Of a stretch of 29,359 bases of DNA, positions 1-8,153 are shown one piece after another. The position numbers were made by a program, and so were the translations under genes. The notes beneath the pieces are model-generated. The model worked only from the letters and a program-made list of their open reading frames with translations. It searched no databases and was not told the origin of the DNA. The DNA comes from an uncultured Dehalococcoidia bacterium (lineage in GTDB: Bacteria; Chloroflexota; Dehalococcoidia; Lucifugimonadales; UBA3495). The stretch spans positions 1 through 29,359 of the forward strand of contig CATMOE010000046.1 in the NCBI GenBank assembly GCA_950072105.1. The letters run 5' to 3'. Position 1 is the stretch's first letter, and each line of letters opens with the position of its first letter.

Positions 1-129
1 ACCGATTACCCGTTCCCATGGAACACCGCTCCGGTCGACCACGTCATGTCGATTCCCGGGCTAAGCGACGAGGACCGGATCAAGATTCTCGGTGGGACGG
101 CGGCGAAACTCCTCGGGATCGAGGAGTAG
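1..129 (+). CDS. 3' end of an amidohydrolase-2 family protein (ACMSD/LigW-like), truncated by the window edge
   Basis: Frame +1 reads TDYPFPWNTAPVDHVMSIPGLSDEDRIKILGGTAAKLLGIEE-stop. (G)TDYP and ILGG(T/N)AAKLL are the typical C-terminal signatures of this family. Confidence 0.8.
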   Translation, partial: TDYPFPWNTAPVDHVMSIPGLSDEDRIKILGGTAAKLLGIEE

Positions 130-271
130 GCAATCGTGTATTGGGGCCGCCGGACATCGACTCAATGTCGGCGTGACCGTGCTTGCGGCCCTAGGATAAT
201 CAACGTGGCTGAACCGAGCCTCCGGCCACCGTAGTATAATCCACTCACTTCATTTAAGGAGAACGATACTG

Positions 272-1441
272 ATGCCTCTCCAGCTAAACGATTTCAAAGT
301 GCGAGGCCGACCGGTTCGTTCTGGTCGAGCGCTGGCTCCTGATCTACCTGAGCAGGCCAGAGACAACATTCAGAACGCTGAAACCCAGATCTCGGAACCC
401 TTCAAAGGAATCACCGATGGGCGGTTAGTTCCTGATCTGTTCGCACTTCAAACCACGAAATTGTCTAACGAAGAGATGAAGCGGTCTGCCGATGCCCTGG
501 TCGATTCGCTGGGGCCGAGTCAGCGGGAAGAAACCCTCTTCCCCGTTGACAGCGATGCCTGGCGACGATGGAGCAATGTCCATATGTTCATGATGCGGCA
601 CGGGACTATGCTGGAGTCCTTGACTCCGGATCAACGTAACCTATCCCTGGCCTTGCTGCGCCAGAGTTTCAGCCCGAGCGGTTTCGAATTAGCCCGCAAT
701 ATCATGAAGCTAAATGAGTCCATCCGGGAGATTACCGGTAGTGATGAGGAATTGGGAGAGTGGTTGTATTGGTTGAGCATCCTGGGTGAGCCCTCTCTGG
801 ATGAACCCTGGGGCTGGCAGATCGACGGCCATCATCTAAACGTCAACTGCTTCTTGTTGGGTGGACAGATGGTGATGACTCCCATGTTCATGGGGTCCGA
901 ACCGGTGGCAGTCGATATTGGCAAGTACGCCGGAACTCGGGTCTTCCAAGCAGAAGAGAGTACCGGGTTAAATCTGGCCCGTACCCTTTCCGTAGAGCAG
1001 CGGCGCAAAGCGATACTTTCGGAAGATGTCCCATCCGGGGTCTTCACCGCAGCGTTCCGCGATAATTTTGAACTTCGATACGAAGGCGTTAGATTTGATG
1101 ATCTAACTAGCCAACAGCAAGCATTAATGTTCGAGTTGATCGGCACCTATGTTAACCGGATGCGTTCCGATCAGGCCCAGCTCAAACTGGATGAGATCAA
1201 GCAACATCTCAATAAAACCTACTTCGCCTGGATGGGTGGAACTGAAGAGGAAAGCGTTTTTTATTACCGTGTACATAGTCCGGTGATACTTATCGAGTTC
1301 GACCACCAGAACGGGATCTTCCTGGACAACGACGCGGCATCACGAAACCACATCCATACCGTGGTGCGGACCCCAAACGGAAACGACTATGGCAAAGACC
1401 TGTTGCGACAGCACCGGGAGTCCAACCACTCTCACGGTTAA
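272..1441 (+). CDS. DUF3500 family protein
   Basis: 389 aa with motifs WSNVH, PWGWQIDGHHL, TPMFMGSEP, YYRVHSPVILIEFDHQ, NHIHTVVRTPNGNDYG. TAAGGAG RBS and TATAAT at 235-240 upstream. Confidence 0.85.
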   Translation: MPLQLNDFKVRGRPVRSGRALAPDLPEQARDNIQNAETQISEPFKGITDGRLVPDLFALQTTKLSNEEMKRSADALVDSLGPSQREETLFPVDSDAWRRWSNVHMFMMRHGTMLESLTPDQRNLSLALLRQSFSPSGFELARNIMKLNESIREITGSDEELGEWLYWLSILGEPSLDEPWGWQIDGHHLNVNCFLLGGQMVMTPMFMGSEPVAVDIGKYAGTRVFQAEESTGLNLARTLSVEQRRKAILSEDVPSGVFTAAFRDNFELRYEGVRFDDLTSQQQALMFELIGTYVNRMRSDQAQLKLDEIKQHLNKTYFAWMGGTEEESVFYYRVHSPVILIEFDHQNGIFLDNDAASRNHIHTVVRTPNGNDYGKDLLRQHRESNHSHG

Positions 1442-1813
1442 CGTTGGTAGCACGATGGCCGGAACACCCCCAACCCTAGCCCTAACGGTTCGACCCAACG
1501 AAGGGCCCCTCCACGCGCCAGTGGATAACCAATCCACACTGTTCTTGACAGACGGACCTTGAATTCCAGCCTCGTTACTTTAGGTGGTCACTATCCGTTG
1601 AGGATATGCCGCTAAAACAACACCCACTCCGAGATCACCGGCCGCCTACAAATCATATGACACTATCGGCAAATAAATTTAGTGGTCTCACCACCGGCCA
1701 CGATTGCGCCCAGGGTCTAGAGTAGCGTACGAAATTCAATCTGCGGCCAGCACTCTCTACACTAAGCCCACGCCTTCCTAGCTGGTAGCGCGTAATCCTC
1801 CCGCCCTTACCCG

Positions 1814-1843
1814 TGGACAAACTCGCTATGTCCGACGTACTAT
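1814..1843 (+). promoter_or_regulatory. Putative sigma70-type promoter of the nitrile hydratase operon
   Basis: TGGACA(1814-1819)-N18-TACTAT(1838-1843). Confidence 0.45.
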
Positions 1844-1850
1844 TCCCTCC

Positions 1851-2028
1851 ATACTGGCCAGCGACAGAATCGGACGAGGATTAAGCGCATCCTATACGAG
1901 GCGGCTGTTCAGCGAGTTAGTATTCCCCAGGTTGCTAAACTGGGGAATCGATTCACCCTGATGATAAATCGCTTCCTCGAAATAGCTCCATTGCCTTCGG
2001 CGAGGTCCTTTAATTGGAGGAGACCAGC
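1851..2028 (+). promoter_or_regulatory. Candidate structured 5' leader of the nitrile hydratase operon (no known family recognised)
   Basis: Nested stems at 1851-1923, 9-bp hairpin ATTCCCCAG/CTGGGGAAT at 1922-1948, and CTCCA (1986-1990) complementary to TGGAG in the RBS (2015-2019). Confidence 0.35.
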
Positions 2029-2664
2029 ATGAGTCAACCTAGCTCAGATCACGCCCAGGACCATACGGACGTGCCCTCGGATCCGGCCCTACGAGTCAAA
2101 GCGCTCGAGTCGCTACTGGTAGAAAAGGGGCTGGTGGATCCAGAGGCACTGGACGTTCTGGTGGATACGTACGAGAACAGAGTTGGTCCGCGCAACGGGG
2201 CACAAGTAGTCGCCCGGGCCTGGGTAGACCCGGCCTACAAGCAACGCCTGCTTGAAGACGGCACTGCGGCGATAGCAGAGTCCGGCTATTCCGGCGGGCA
2301 GGGCGAGAAGCTCACCGTTGTGGAGAATATGTCCTCGGTCCACAATGTCATCGTCTGTACCTTGTGTTCATGCTATCCCTGGCCCGTATTGGGCTTGCCT
2401 CCAACCTGGTACAAATCCTTCGCCTATCGTTCTCGGACCGTGATCGATCCCCGAGGAGTGCTCAGCGAACTGGGATTGGATCTGCCCAAAGACATCGAAG
2501 TGCGGGTCTGGGACAGCAATGCAGCTTCCCGCTATTTCGTGTTGCCGGAGCGACCTGATGGAACAGAATCAATGAGCGAGACCGACCTGGCAACGCTGGT
2601 GACTCGGGACTCTATGATTGGAGTCGCGATGGTAGCCTCACCAACCGTGGGAGGGGTCTCATGA
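2029..2664 (+). CDS. nthA: Cobalt-type nitrile hydratase alpha subunit
   Basis: Metal-binding motif VCTLCSCY (Thr/Tyr indicate the Co type), plus [13 protein letters not shown] and [13 protein letters not shown] at 2029 follows GGAGGAG. Confidence 0.95.
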   Translation: MSQPSSDHAQDHTDVPSDPALRVKALESLLVEKGLVDPEALDVLVDTYENRVGPRNGAQVVARAWVDPAYKQRLLEDGTAAIAESGYSGGQGEKLTVVENMSSVHNVIVCTLCSCYPWPVLGLPPTWYKSFAYRSRTVIDPRGVLSELGLDLPKDIEVRVWDSNAASRYFVLPERPDGTESMSETDLATLVTRDSMIGVAMVASPTVGGVS

Positions 2665-3302
2665 ACGGCATCCACGATATGGGCGGCATGCACGGGTTGG
2701 GTGAGATCGGATACAAAGAGAGCGCGCCTGGCTACGATGAGCCATGGGAAGTTAGGTTGTTCGCGCTGGTGCAGGCCATGCGAACGGGCGGCTTGCGAGC
2801 GTATATCGAGGGCATTCCAGCCCCGGATTATCTTCGCATGGGGTATTACGAACGTTGGTACACCGCGCTCATTACGCGGATAATCGAGAGAGGTTCCGTC
2901 ACCCTCGCCGAGGTCGATAGTGGCCGAGCGGATCCAGCATCGGCGAAGGCGACACCGGCGCTGACACCGGAGATCGCTCGTGACCTTCTCTCCAGATCTA
3001 CCAAGACGGAGCAGGACATCGAACTTGCGCCGCGGTTTCATGTCGGAGATTCCGTGCGCGGGCGGAACATGAACCCAGCCACCCACACTCGCATGCCACG
3101 TTACACTCGTGGCAAGACGGGCGTCGTAGAACGTGATCGCGGTGTCTTCGATCTGCCTGACATCGAGCAAACGTCAGCGGAACCCAAGCCACAACACGTC
3201 TATCTGATTCGCTATGCTGGGCGCGAGTTATGGGGAGAGGAAGCGCCTCCGAACGACTCACTGTACATCGATATGTGGGAAGACTACCTTGAGCCGGCCT
3301 GA
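2661..3302 (+). CDS. nthB: Nitrile hydratase beta subunit
   Basis: N-terminal [30 protein letters not shown] and C-terminal [14 protein letters not shown] overlap with nthA. Confidence 0.95.
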   Translation: MNGIHDMGGMHGLGEIGYKESAPGYDEPWEVRLFALVQAMRTGGLRAYIEGIPAPDYLRMGYYERWYTALITRIIERGSVTLAEVDSGRADPASAKATPALTPEIARDLLSRSTKTEQDIELAPRFHVGDSVRGRNMNPATHTRMPRYTRGKTGVVERDRGVFDLPDIEQTSAEPKPQHVYLIRYAGRELWGEEAPPNDSLYIDMWEDYLEPA

Positions 3303-3672
3303 CGCACAAGACGTAGCCGAGCGGTTCGCGGCGTCACCGCTTTTGCCCCGAGACGACGGGGGGCCCGTGTTTGCGGAACCATGGCAAGCGCAGGCGTTTG
3401 CCATGGCCGTGCAGTTGTCGGCGGATGGGCACTTTACCTGGACGGATTGGACGACAGCCCTCGGCGATCAACTCCAAGCGGCAGTCAGACGCGGCGATCC
3501 CGATGACGGCTCAAGATATTTCGAACACTGGATCGTTGCTCTGGAACAACTGGCGGCGGACAAGAAGCTGACCGATTTAGCCGCCCTAAGCGAACGCAAG
3601 GAAGCGTGGGCAGACGCATATCGCCATACGCCCCACGGTCAACCGGTAGAGCTTAGAGCGCAATTCCGGTAG
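3289..3672 (+). CDS. Nitrile hydratase accessory/activator protein (P14K/NhlE-like)
   Basis: PRDDGGPVFAEPWQAQAFAMAV, YFEHW, C-terminal TPHGQPV. Probable TTG start at 3289 overlapping the nthB end; start position uncertain. Confidence 0.88.
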   Translation: MSRPDAQDVAERFAASPLLPRDDGGPVFAEPWQAQAFAMAVQLSADGHFTWTDWTTALGDQLQAAVRRGDPDDGSRYFEHWIVALEQLAADKKLTDLAALSERKEAWADAYRHTPHGQPVELRAQFR

Positions 3673-3701
3673 GCTAACATTCAGGCTCTGGATGAAGGGG
3701 G

Positions 3702-3742
3702 AAATCCCCCCAACCCCCCTTTACGAAAGGGGGGCTTTTGGC
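3702..3742. repeat. REP-like palindrome family A, copy 1
   Basis: AAATCCCCCCAACCCCCCTTTACGAAAGGGGGGCTTTTGGC, near-identical to 8076-8115. Confidence 0.85.
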
Positions 3743-3769
3743 GGTTACTACAGTGAAGGGGAGACAATC

Positions 3770-4669
3770 ATGGCAAAGGCCAGACCGCTACGGACGTCGA
3801 TGTATGTTCCGGGCAATAAGGAAGACTGGATGCGCAAGGCGCCCCAGTACGGAGCCGACGCGCTGATCTTGGACCTGGAAGACTCGGTGCCGGTGCCTAA
3901 TAAGGCAGAGGCTCGCGCCTTGGTTCGCAAGATGCTGGAAGAGTTGGGCGGCGAGAAGCCTACTCTTACGGTCCGGGTGAACCGATTGGAGACGGGCCTC
4001 ACCGGAAGTGACTTAGAAGCCATCACCTGCCCCCAACTCTACGGGGTGCTGCTCCCCAAGGTCGAGAGTCCCGCCGATGTGGTGGAGGTTGATAACCTTC
4101 TCTCTTATTTCGAGCGCAAAGCTGGTATGGAAGTAGGGTCTATCTTCATCGATCCCGGCCTGGAGACGGCCCAGAGCATTCGTCAGTCATACGAGATTGC
4201 AACCGCCTCTTCCCGGATTGCCCACATGGGGGGCAGCGGCGGCAAGGGCGGTGATACGTCCCGTTCCATCGGGTTCCAGTGGACTCCCGAAGGGCTGGAA
4301 ACTCTGTACCTCAAGTCCAAGGTATTGATTGACGTGAGGTCAGCCGGTGTTCCTTATCCCATGAGCGGGGGCTGGTTCGACATCCACGACTTGGAGGGCC
4401 TCCGGGCCTTGGCGGTACAACTGCGGCAGTTGGGTTACACTGGTATGCACCTGATACACCCGTCCCATATCCCGGTGGTCAACGAAGTGTTCTCACCCAC
4501 GCCGGAAGACGTTACGCATTGGCAGGGCTTGGTAAAAGCCATGGAAGAGATGCGGTCCACCGGCGGGGCGGCCATTACCTTTGGCGAAGACATGGTGGAC
4601 ATTGCCCATGAGGAGACTGCACGGACGATGCTGGCCATAGCCAAAGAGATGGGAATAGAAGGCGCGTAG
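3770..4669 (+). CDS. CitE-like CoA-ester lyase (HpcH/HpaI aldolase/citrate lyase family)
   Basis: RTSMYVPG, ADALILDLEDSV, VRVN, LPKVES, LET, IHPSHIPVVNEVFSP. ATG at 3770 after GGGGAG; the longer ORF-track start runs through the repeat. Confidence 0.88.
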   Translation: MAKARPLRTSMYVPGNKEDWMRKAPQYGADALILDLEDSVPVPNKAEARALVRKMLEELGGEKPTLTVRVNRLETGLTGSDLEAITCPQLYGVLLPKVESPADVVEVDNLLSYFERKAGMEVGSIFIDPGLETAQSIRQSYEIATASSRIAHMGGSGGKGGDTSRSIGFQWTPEGLETLYLKSKVLIDVRSAGVPYPMSGGWFDIHDLEGLRALAVQLRQLGYTGMHLIHPSHIPVVNEVFSPTPEDVTHWQGLVKAMEEMRSTGGAAITFGEDMVDIAHEETARTMLAIAKEMGIEGA

Positions 4670-4729
4670 ATTCCCAAGGGTCGCGTCGCAAGCAGAACGA
4701 TTGCATTCGCCTTTTACGGAAAATCCGCC

Positions 4730-5827
4730 TCAGGAAACCGACAACTCCCGGCCCGTGTCCGACGCCTCTTTGATCGTATCAATAAAGCGATGCAGGTCAA
4801 CTGCGGTGTCGAAAGTCGGGAGGCGGTTCTCCCCGGTTCGGATCGCTTCGGCAAACAGGGCATACATCTGACCCACGTTGTACGGATCGCCGCGAGGGAA
4901 GTCGGCCGGGACATATTCGAAACGCTCTGGTATCGTCAGGTCCTTCAACTCCGGGCTTCCCTGCGCTCCTTGAACACGTAGCATCTCGCCGCGCTGAGAC
5001 GAGACGCTGCCGGTGGTGACCAGCGTACCTTCCCGGCCGTAGATCTCCATCCGAAAGCCGCCGCCCGCCCAGGGGACAGCACCGACATGGACCGAAGCCG
5101 CCGCGCCGCTCTCTAGCTGTCCGCATACCCGCACGTTGTCCGGGGAGGTGACGTCCACAAACTTCTGAGTGTCGGTCTCATATACTTGCTGGATCTGGGT
5201 CGTGACCATGCACGACACCCGCGTGAAATTACCCGCCACGAAGCGCAAGGCGTCGATGACGTGCCCGTTGGCGATGGTCAGGGTGTTCGCGCCGCGGCTG
5301 GCATCGAGATTCCAATTGCGGCTGGAAGGACGTTGCAGGGAGCCGTCACGCATCGTGGTGAGATTGCAGGACAGCACATCGCCCACATAGCCACCCTCTA
5401 TCAGTTCCTTGATGTATAGCAATGCGGGGCTGACCCGCGATTGCAGGCCGACCACCGTCTGCACCCCCTTGGCCCGAGCAAGCGCTGCCAACTCTTCGGC
5501 TTCGGCGGTAGTGCGGCCCAATGGCCATTCGGTGTAGACGTGCTTGCCGGCCTCGATGGCGGCCTTAGTAGGATCATAATGCAACGGCACACGGATGACC
5601 ACGGCCACCGCGTCGATCTCCGGCGACGCCATCATTTCCCGGAAATCGTGGAAGGCGAACTTGGCTCCAAAATGTTGGCGCGCCTCTTCCGCGCTTTCAG
5701 GCCTGGAGGTGCAAACCGCAGTCATCTCAACATCCGGGCTGGCCATCAGCGCCGGGAAGTGCGACTGGACTGACCAGGTCGAGTTAACGTTAGCTCCCAC
5801 AAACCCCAAGCGAATCTTATCTGTCAC
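4730..5827 (-). CDS. Gfo/Idh/MocA family NAD(P)-dependent oxidoreductase
   Basis: KIRLGFVGA Rossmann start, GKHVYTEWPLG (EWP variant of EKP), GHVID. GTG at 5827 with AGGAG RBS. Confidence 0.9.
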   Translation of the reverse strand: MTDKIRLGFVGANVNSTWSVQSHFPALMASPDVEMTAVCTSRPESAEEARQHFGAKFAFHDFREMMASPEIDAVAVVIRVPLHYDPTKAAIEAGKHVYTEWPLGRTTAEAEELAALARAKGVQTVVGLQSRVSPALLYIKELIEGGYVGDVLSCNLTTMRDGSLQRPSSRNWNLDASRGANTLTIANGHVIDALRFVAGNFTRVSCMVTTQIQQVYETDTQKFVDVTSPDNVRVCGQLESGAAASVHVGAVPWAGGGFRMEIYGREGTLVTTGSVSSQRGEMLRVQGAQGSPELKDLTIPERFEYVPADFPRGDPYNVGQMYALFAEAIRTGENRLPTFDTAVDLHRFIDTIKEASDTGRELSVS

Positions 5828-5955
5828 GGCGCATTCTCCTATAAGTGGTGGAATCCTGACTGATTCTAGAGTTGGCAACGCGACGCGTCAATCGTTGTGG
5901 AGAGCTAACTTCGCCATAGCAGAGGATATGGACGGCACGCCGGAACTGGAAGTGT

Positions 5956-6963
5956 TTAGTACTCGGCTGCCAACCCTTTTAAAATCAGCGTGGCGTCAGA
6001 CAGATTCACTAGGTCACCCCGTTGGTTGATGCCTTTGATTCGGCATTCTATAACCCGCCGGGAGTCTCCATCTTTTGTGGTCGTCAAGTCACCCCGAGAG
6101 GTCAATTCACCTTGGAAGGTCACGGTGTCTCCGGCCCGAAACGGCTCTATCGCCCGTAGCAACAGGCTACCTCCGTGGAAAGACCCCAAGGTGAACGACT
6201 TCTGGAGCATCTGGTCCACGTAGGACATGGCGGCCCCACCGGAGACAACGGTGCCGCCGAACATGCTCCGGCGGGCGAACTCTTCATCGGTGTGGATGTT
6301 CATTGGATTGTGCTTTCCGGCCAGACGAAAGGAATCTTTCTCGTCGATGTTCTCTTGACTTGCCTGGATGTTCAGAGGCGAGAGTTGATCCCCCACGTCT
6401 CTGACCGACTCCCAGGAAAACCGCTCCCGTGGTGTGTCCGGTGAAGACGGCCAGGCCTTCCTTGGCTCTCGGGTTGGATCTTTGGGATCCTTGGCATAGT
6501 CAAAGATGCAAGTGTAGTCGTATCGGGCCACTTCCTCTCCGGGCTGATTCGTTGCCTCCACTCGAAAGGTGACGAACCTGCTGCCCCGCCGAACGTATTT
6601 TTCAAGTACGCGGCGGGTGGAGGTAATCGTATCTCCAGCCAACACGCCACGGGACCATCGTACCTCGCACTTGGCGAAAGGGGTTTGGCGCCGGGCCGTT
6701 GTTGACCATTCCAGAGCCACAAAGCCGTTCGCCTCAGCGATCTCTTCTCGTAATAACGGAGCGTAGGTGAGGACCATGGTGGGCATCGCAACCGAAGGCC
6801 ACTCCTGACAAGTGCCACTGGGCGTGAATCGGGAACTGAAGTTCTGGGCGACCAGAGCATACCGGGAGATGTCTTCCTTGGTGACTGTCACGGTTGCCGG
6901 ACTACCCGATTGTCCGGGTTCCACCGCTTCGTAGTCCCACAGTTTTTCCGACTGTTCTACCAC
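5956..6963 (-). CDS. Tandem MaoC/hot-dog fold dehydratase-like protein
   Basis: Two hot-dog-like halves. C-terminal half has NIHTDEEFARRSMFGGTVVSG and EPFRAGDTVT; N-terminal half has VLAGDTIT...EKYVRRGSRFV. Confidence 0.75.
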   Translation of the reverse strand: MVEQSEKLWDYEAVEPGQSGSPATVTVTKEDISRYALVAQNFSSRFTPSGTCQEWPSVAMPTMVLTYAPLLREEIAEANGFVALEWSTTARRQTPFAKCEVRWSRGVLAGDTITSTRRVLEKYVRRGSRFVTFRVEATNQPGEEVARYDYTCIFDYAKDPKDPTREPRKAWPSSPDTPRERFSWESVRDVGDQLSPLNIQASQENIDEKDSFRLAGKHNPMNIHTDEEFARRSMFGGTVVSGGAAMSYVDQMLQKSFTLGSFHGGSLLLRAIEPFRAGDTVTFQGELTSRGDLTTTKDGDSRRVIECRIKGINQRGDLVNLSDATLILKGLAAEY

Positions 6964-7302
6964 TTCGAAGTCACTTCCCTAAAGGATATTTGATGACCTC
7001 CGGAGGTCGCTACCCAGGCAACGGCCCGCAGGGCTCGAGGCCAATCCCGCAGCGTAGGGATGATTGATGAGCGTAGCAAAACACTATGATTTACGAATTC
7101 TACGCTAGGAATAGAGCGATTGTCCAAGCACAAGTAGGGAGTATACGATCTACCTCTTTGGACGGCTTCCGTGAAATACGCCTTGTGAGGAGTGTGTTGT
7201 CAGTGCATACTGAATTCCGCTGACGACATCGTTTAAATGAAAATCCGAACGACGATCAGACAAGAATTGCACTGAATCACACGCCGATGGAGGACATTTG
7301 CC

Positions 7303-8052
7303 ATGCCGTTCTACGAAAGAGGATCCACCCGTATCTACTACGAAGAGGCCGGGTCCGGTTTTCCCTTGCTAATCATCCCGGGCGGCGGACTTAACGGCAC
7401 CCTGGCATCCTTGCAGTCTCCCTTCAATCCTATGGAAAGGTACAAAGACGACTTCCGGTGTATCGCTGCTGACCGGCGCAACGCCTATTCCGGCCAGTCC
7501 AGTGGCCCACTGGAGATCGACCGCCCTTGGGATTCCTACTCTGATGACCACCTCGGGCTGATGGATCATCTGGGCATCCATAGGTTCGGGGTCATAGGCT
7601 TCTGCGTCGCAGGACCGATGATTCTCAACCTGATCAAGAATGCCCCGGAGCGCGTAGTCGCGGCCGCGATGATGCAACCCAGCGGTTTCAGGCCGGAGCT
7701 CCCGAATCTTTTCTACCAGAACAACATGGAAAGCTGGGGGCCGCCGCTTTGCGAGCAGCGTTCTGACTTGACGATGGACATGGTCAGTGACTTCCTGACC
7801 AGTATGTACACCGATCACCCCGGCTTCGTATTCTCCGTCACACGCGATTTCGTCGGTTCTATGCAAACTCCACTGCTTATAGCGCCCGACGACGTGCCCT
7901 CTCACCCATACAAGATGGCGATGGAAGTCGCAGAACTTGCCCCGAACACTGAGGTGACGATCTATCCCTGGAAAGATTCTCCGGAGCGTATCGACGAGGT
8001 CGTAGAACACGCACGGCGGTTCCTCAAGGCCCACGTACCCGTCGCTGCCTAG
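7303..8052 (+). CDS. Alpha/beta-fold hydrolase with Cys at the nucleophile elbow
   Basis: IYYEEAGSGFPLLIIPGGG, DRRN..GQS, GFCVAG elbow, DDVPSHP. GGAGGA RBS. Confidence 0.85.
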   Translation: MPFYERGSTRIYYEEAGSGFPLLIIPGGGLNGTLASLQSPFNPMERYKDDFRCIAADRRNAYSGQSSGPLEIDRPWDSYSDDHLGLMDHLGIHRFGVIGFCVAGPMILNLIKNAPERVVAAAMMQPSGFRPELPNLFYQNNMESWGPPLCEQRSDLTMDMVSDFLTSMYTDHPGFVFSVTRDFVGSMQTPLLIAPDDVPSHPYKMAMEVAELAPNTEVTIYPWKDSPERIDEVVEHARRFLKAHVPVAA

Positions 8053-8075
8053 AAGCCAACTGTGGAAGAGGGGCT

Positions 8076-8115
8076 AAATCCCCCCAGCCCCCCTTTACGA
8101 AAGGGGGGCTTTGGC
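8076..8115. repeat. REP-like palindrome family A, copy 2
   Basis: AAATCCCCCCAGCCCCCCTTTACGAAAGGGGGGCTTTGGC between convergent genes. Confidence 0.85.
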
Positions 8116-8153
8116 TGTCTGTTTCCGGAGTTCTTTAATTCTCTGGTAACCGG

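Noticed and set aside
1442..1810. Hidden ORF or pseudogene in the long spacer before nthA
   Set aside because: No credible reading frame or recognisable protein motif; only a short hairpin GTGGAT/ATCCAC at 1521-1537.
1867..1905. Guanidine-II (mini-ykkC) riboswitch suggested by two ACGA motifs
   Set aside because: The ACGA tetramers are not closed by G-C-paired stems as tetraloops; kept only as an unclassified leader.
3692..3769. N-terminal extension of the CitE-like ORF (MKGEIPPTPLYERG)
   Set aside because: It is a translation of the family A repeat; the better start with an RBS is at 3770.
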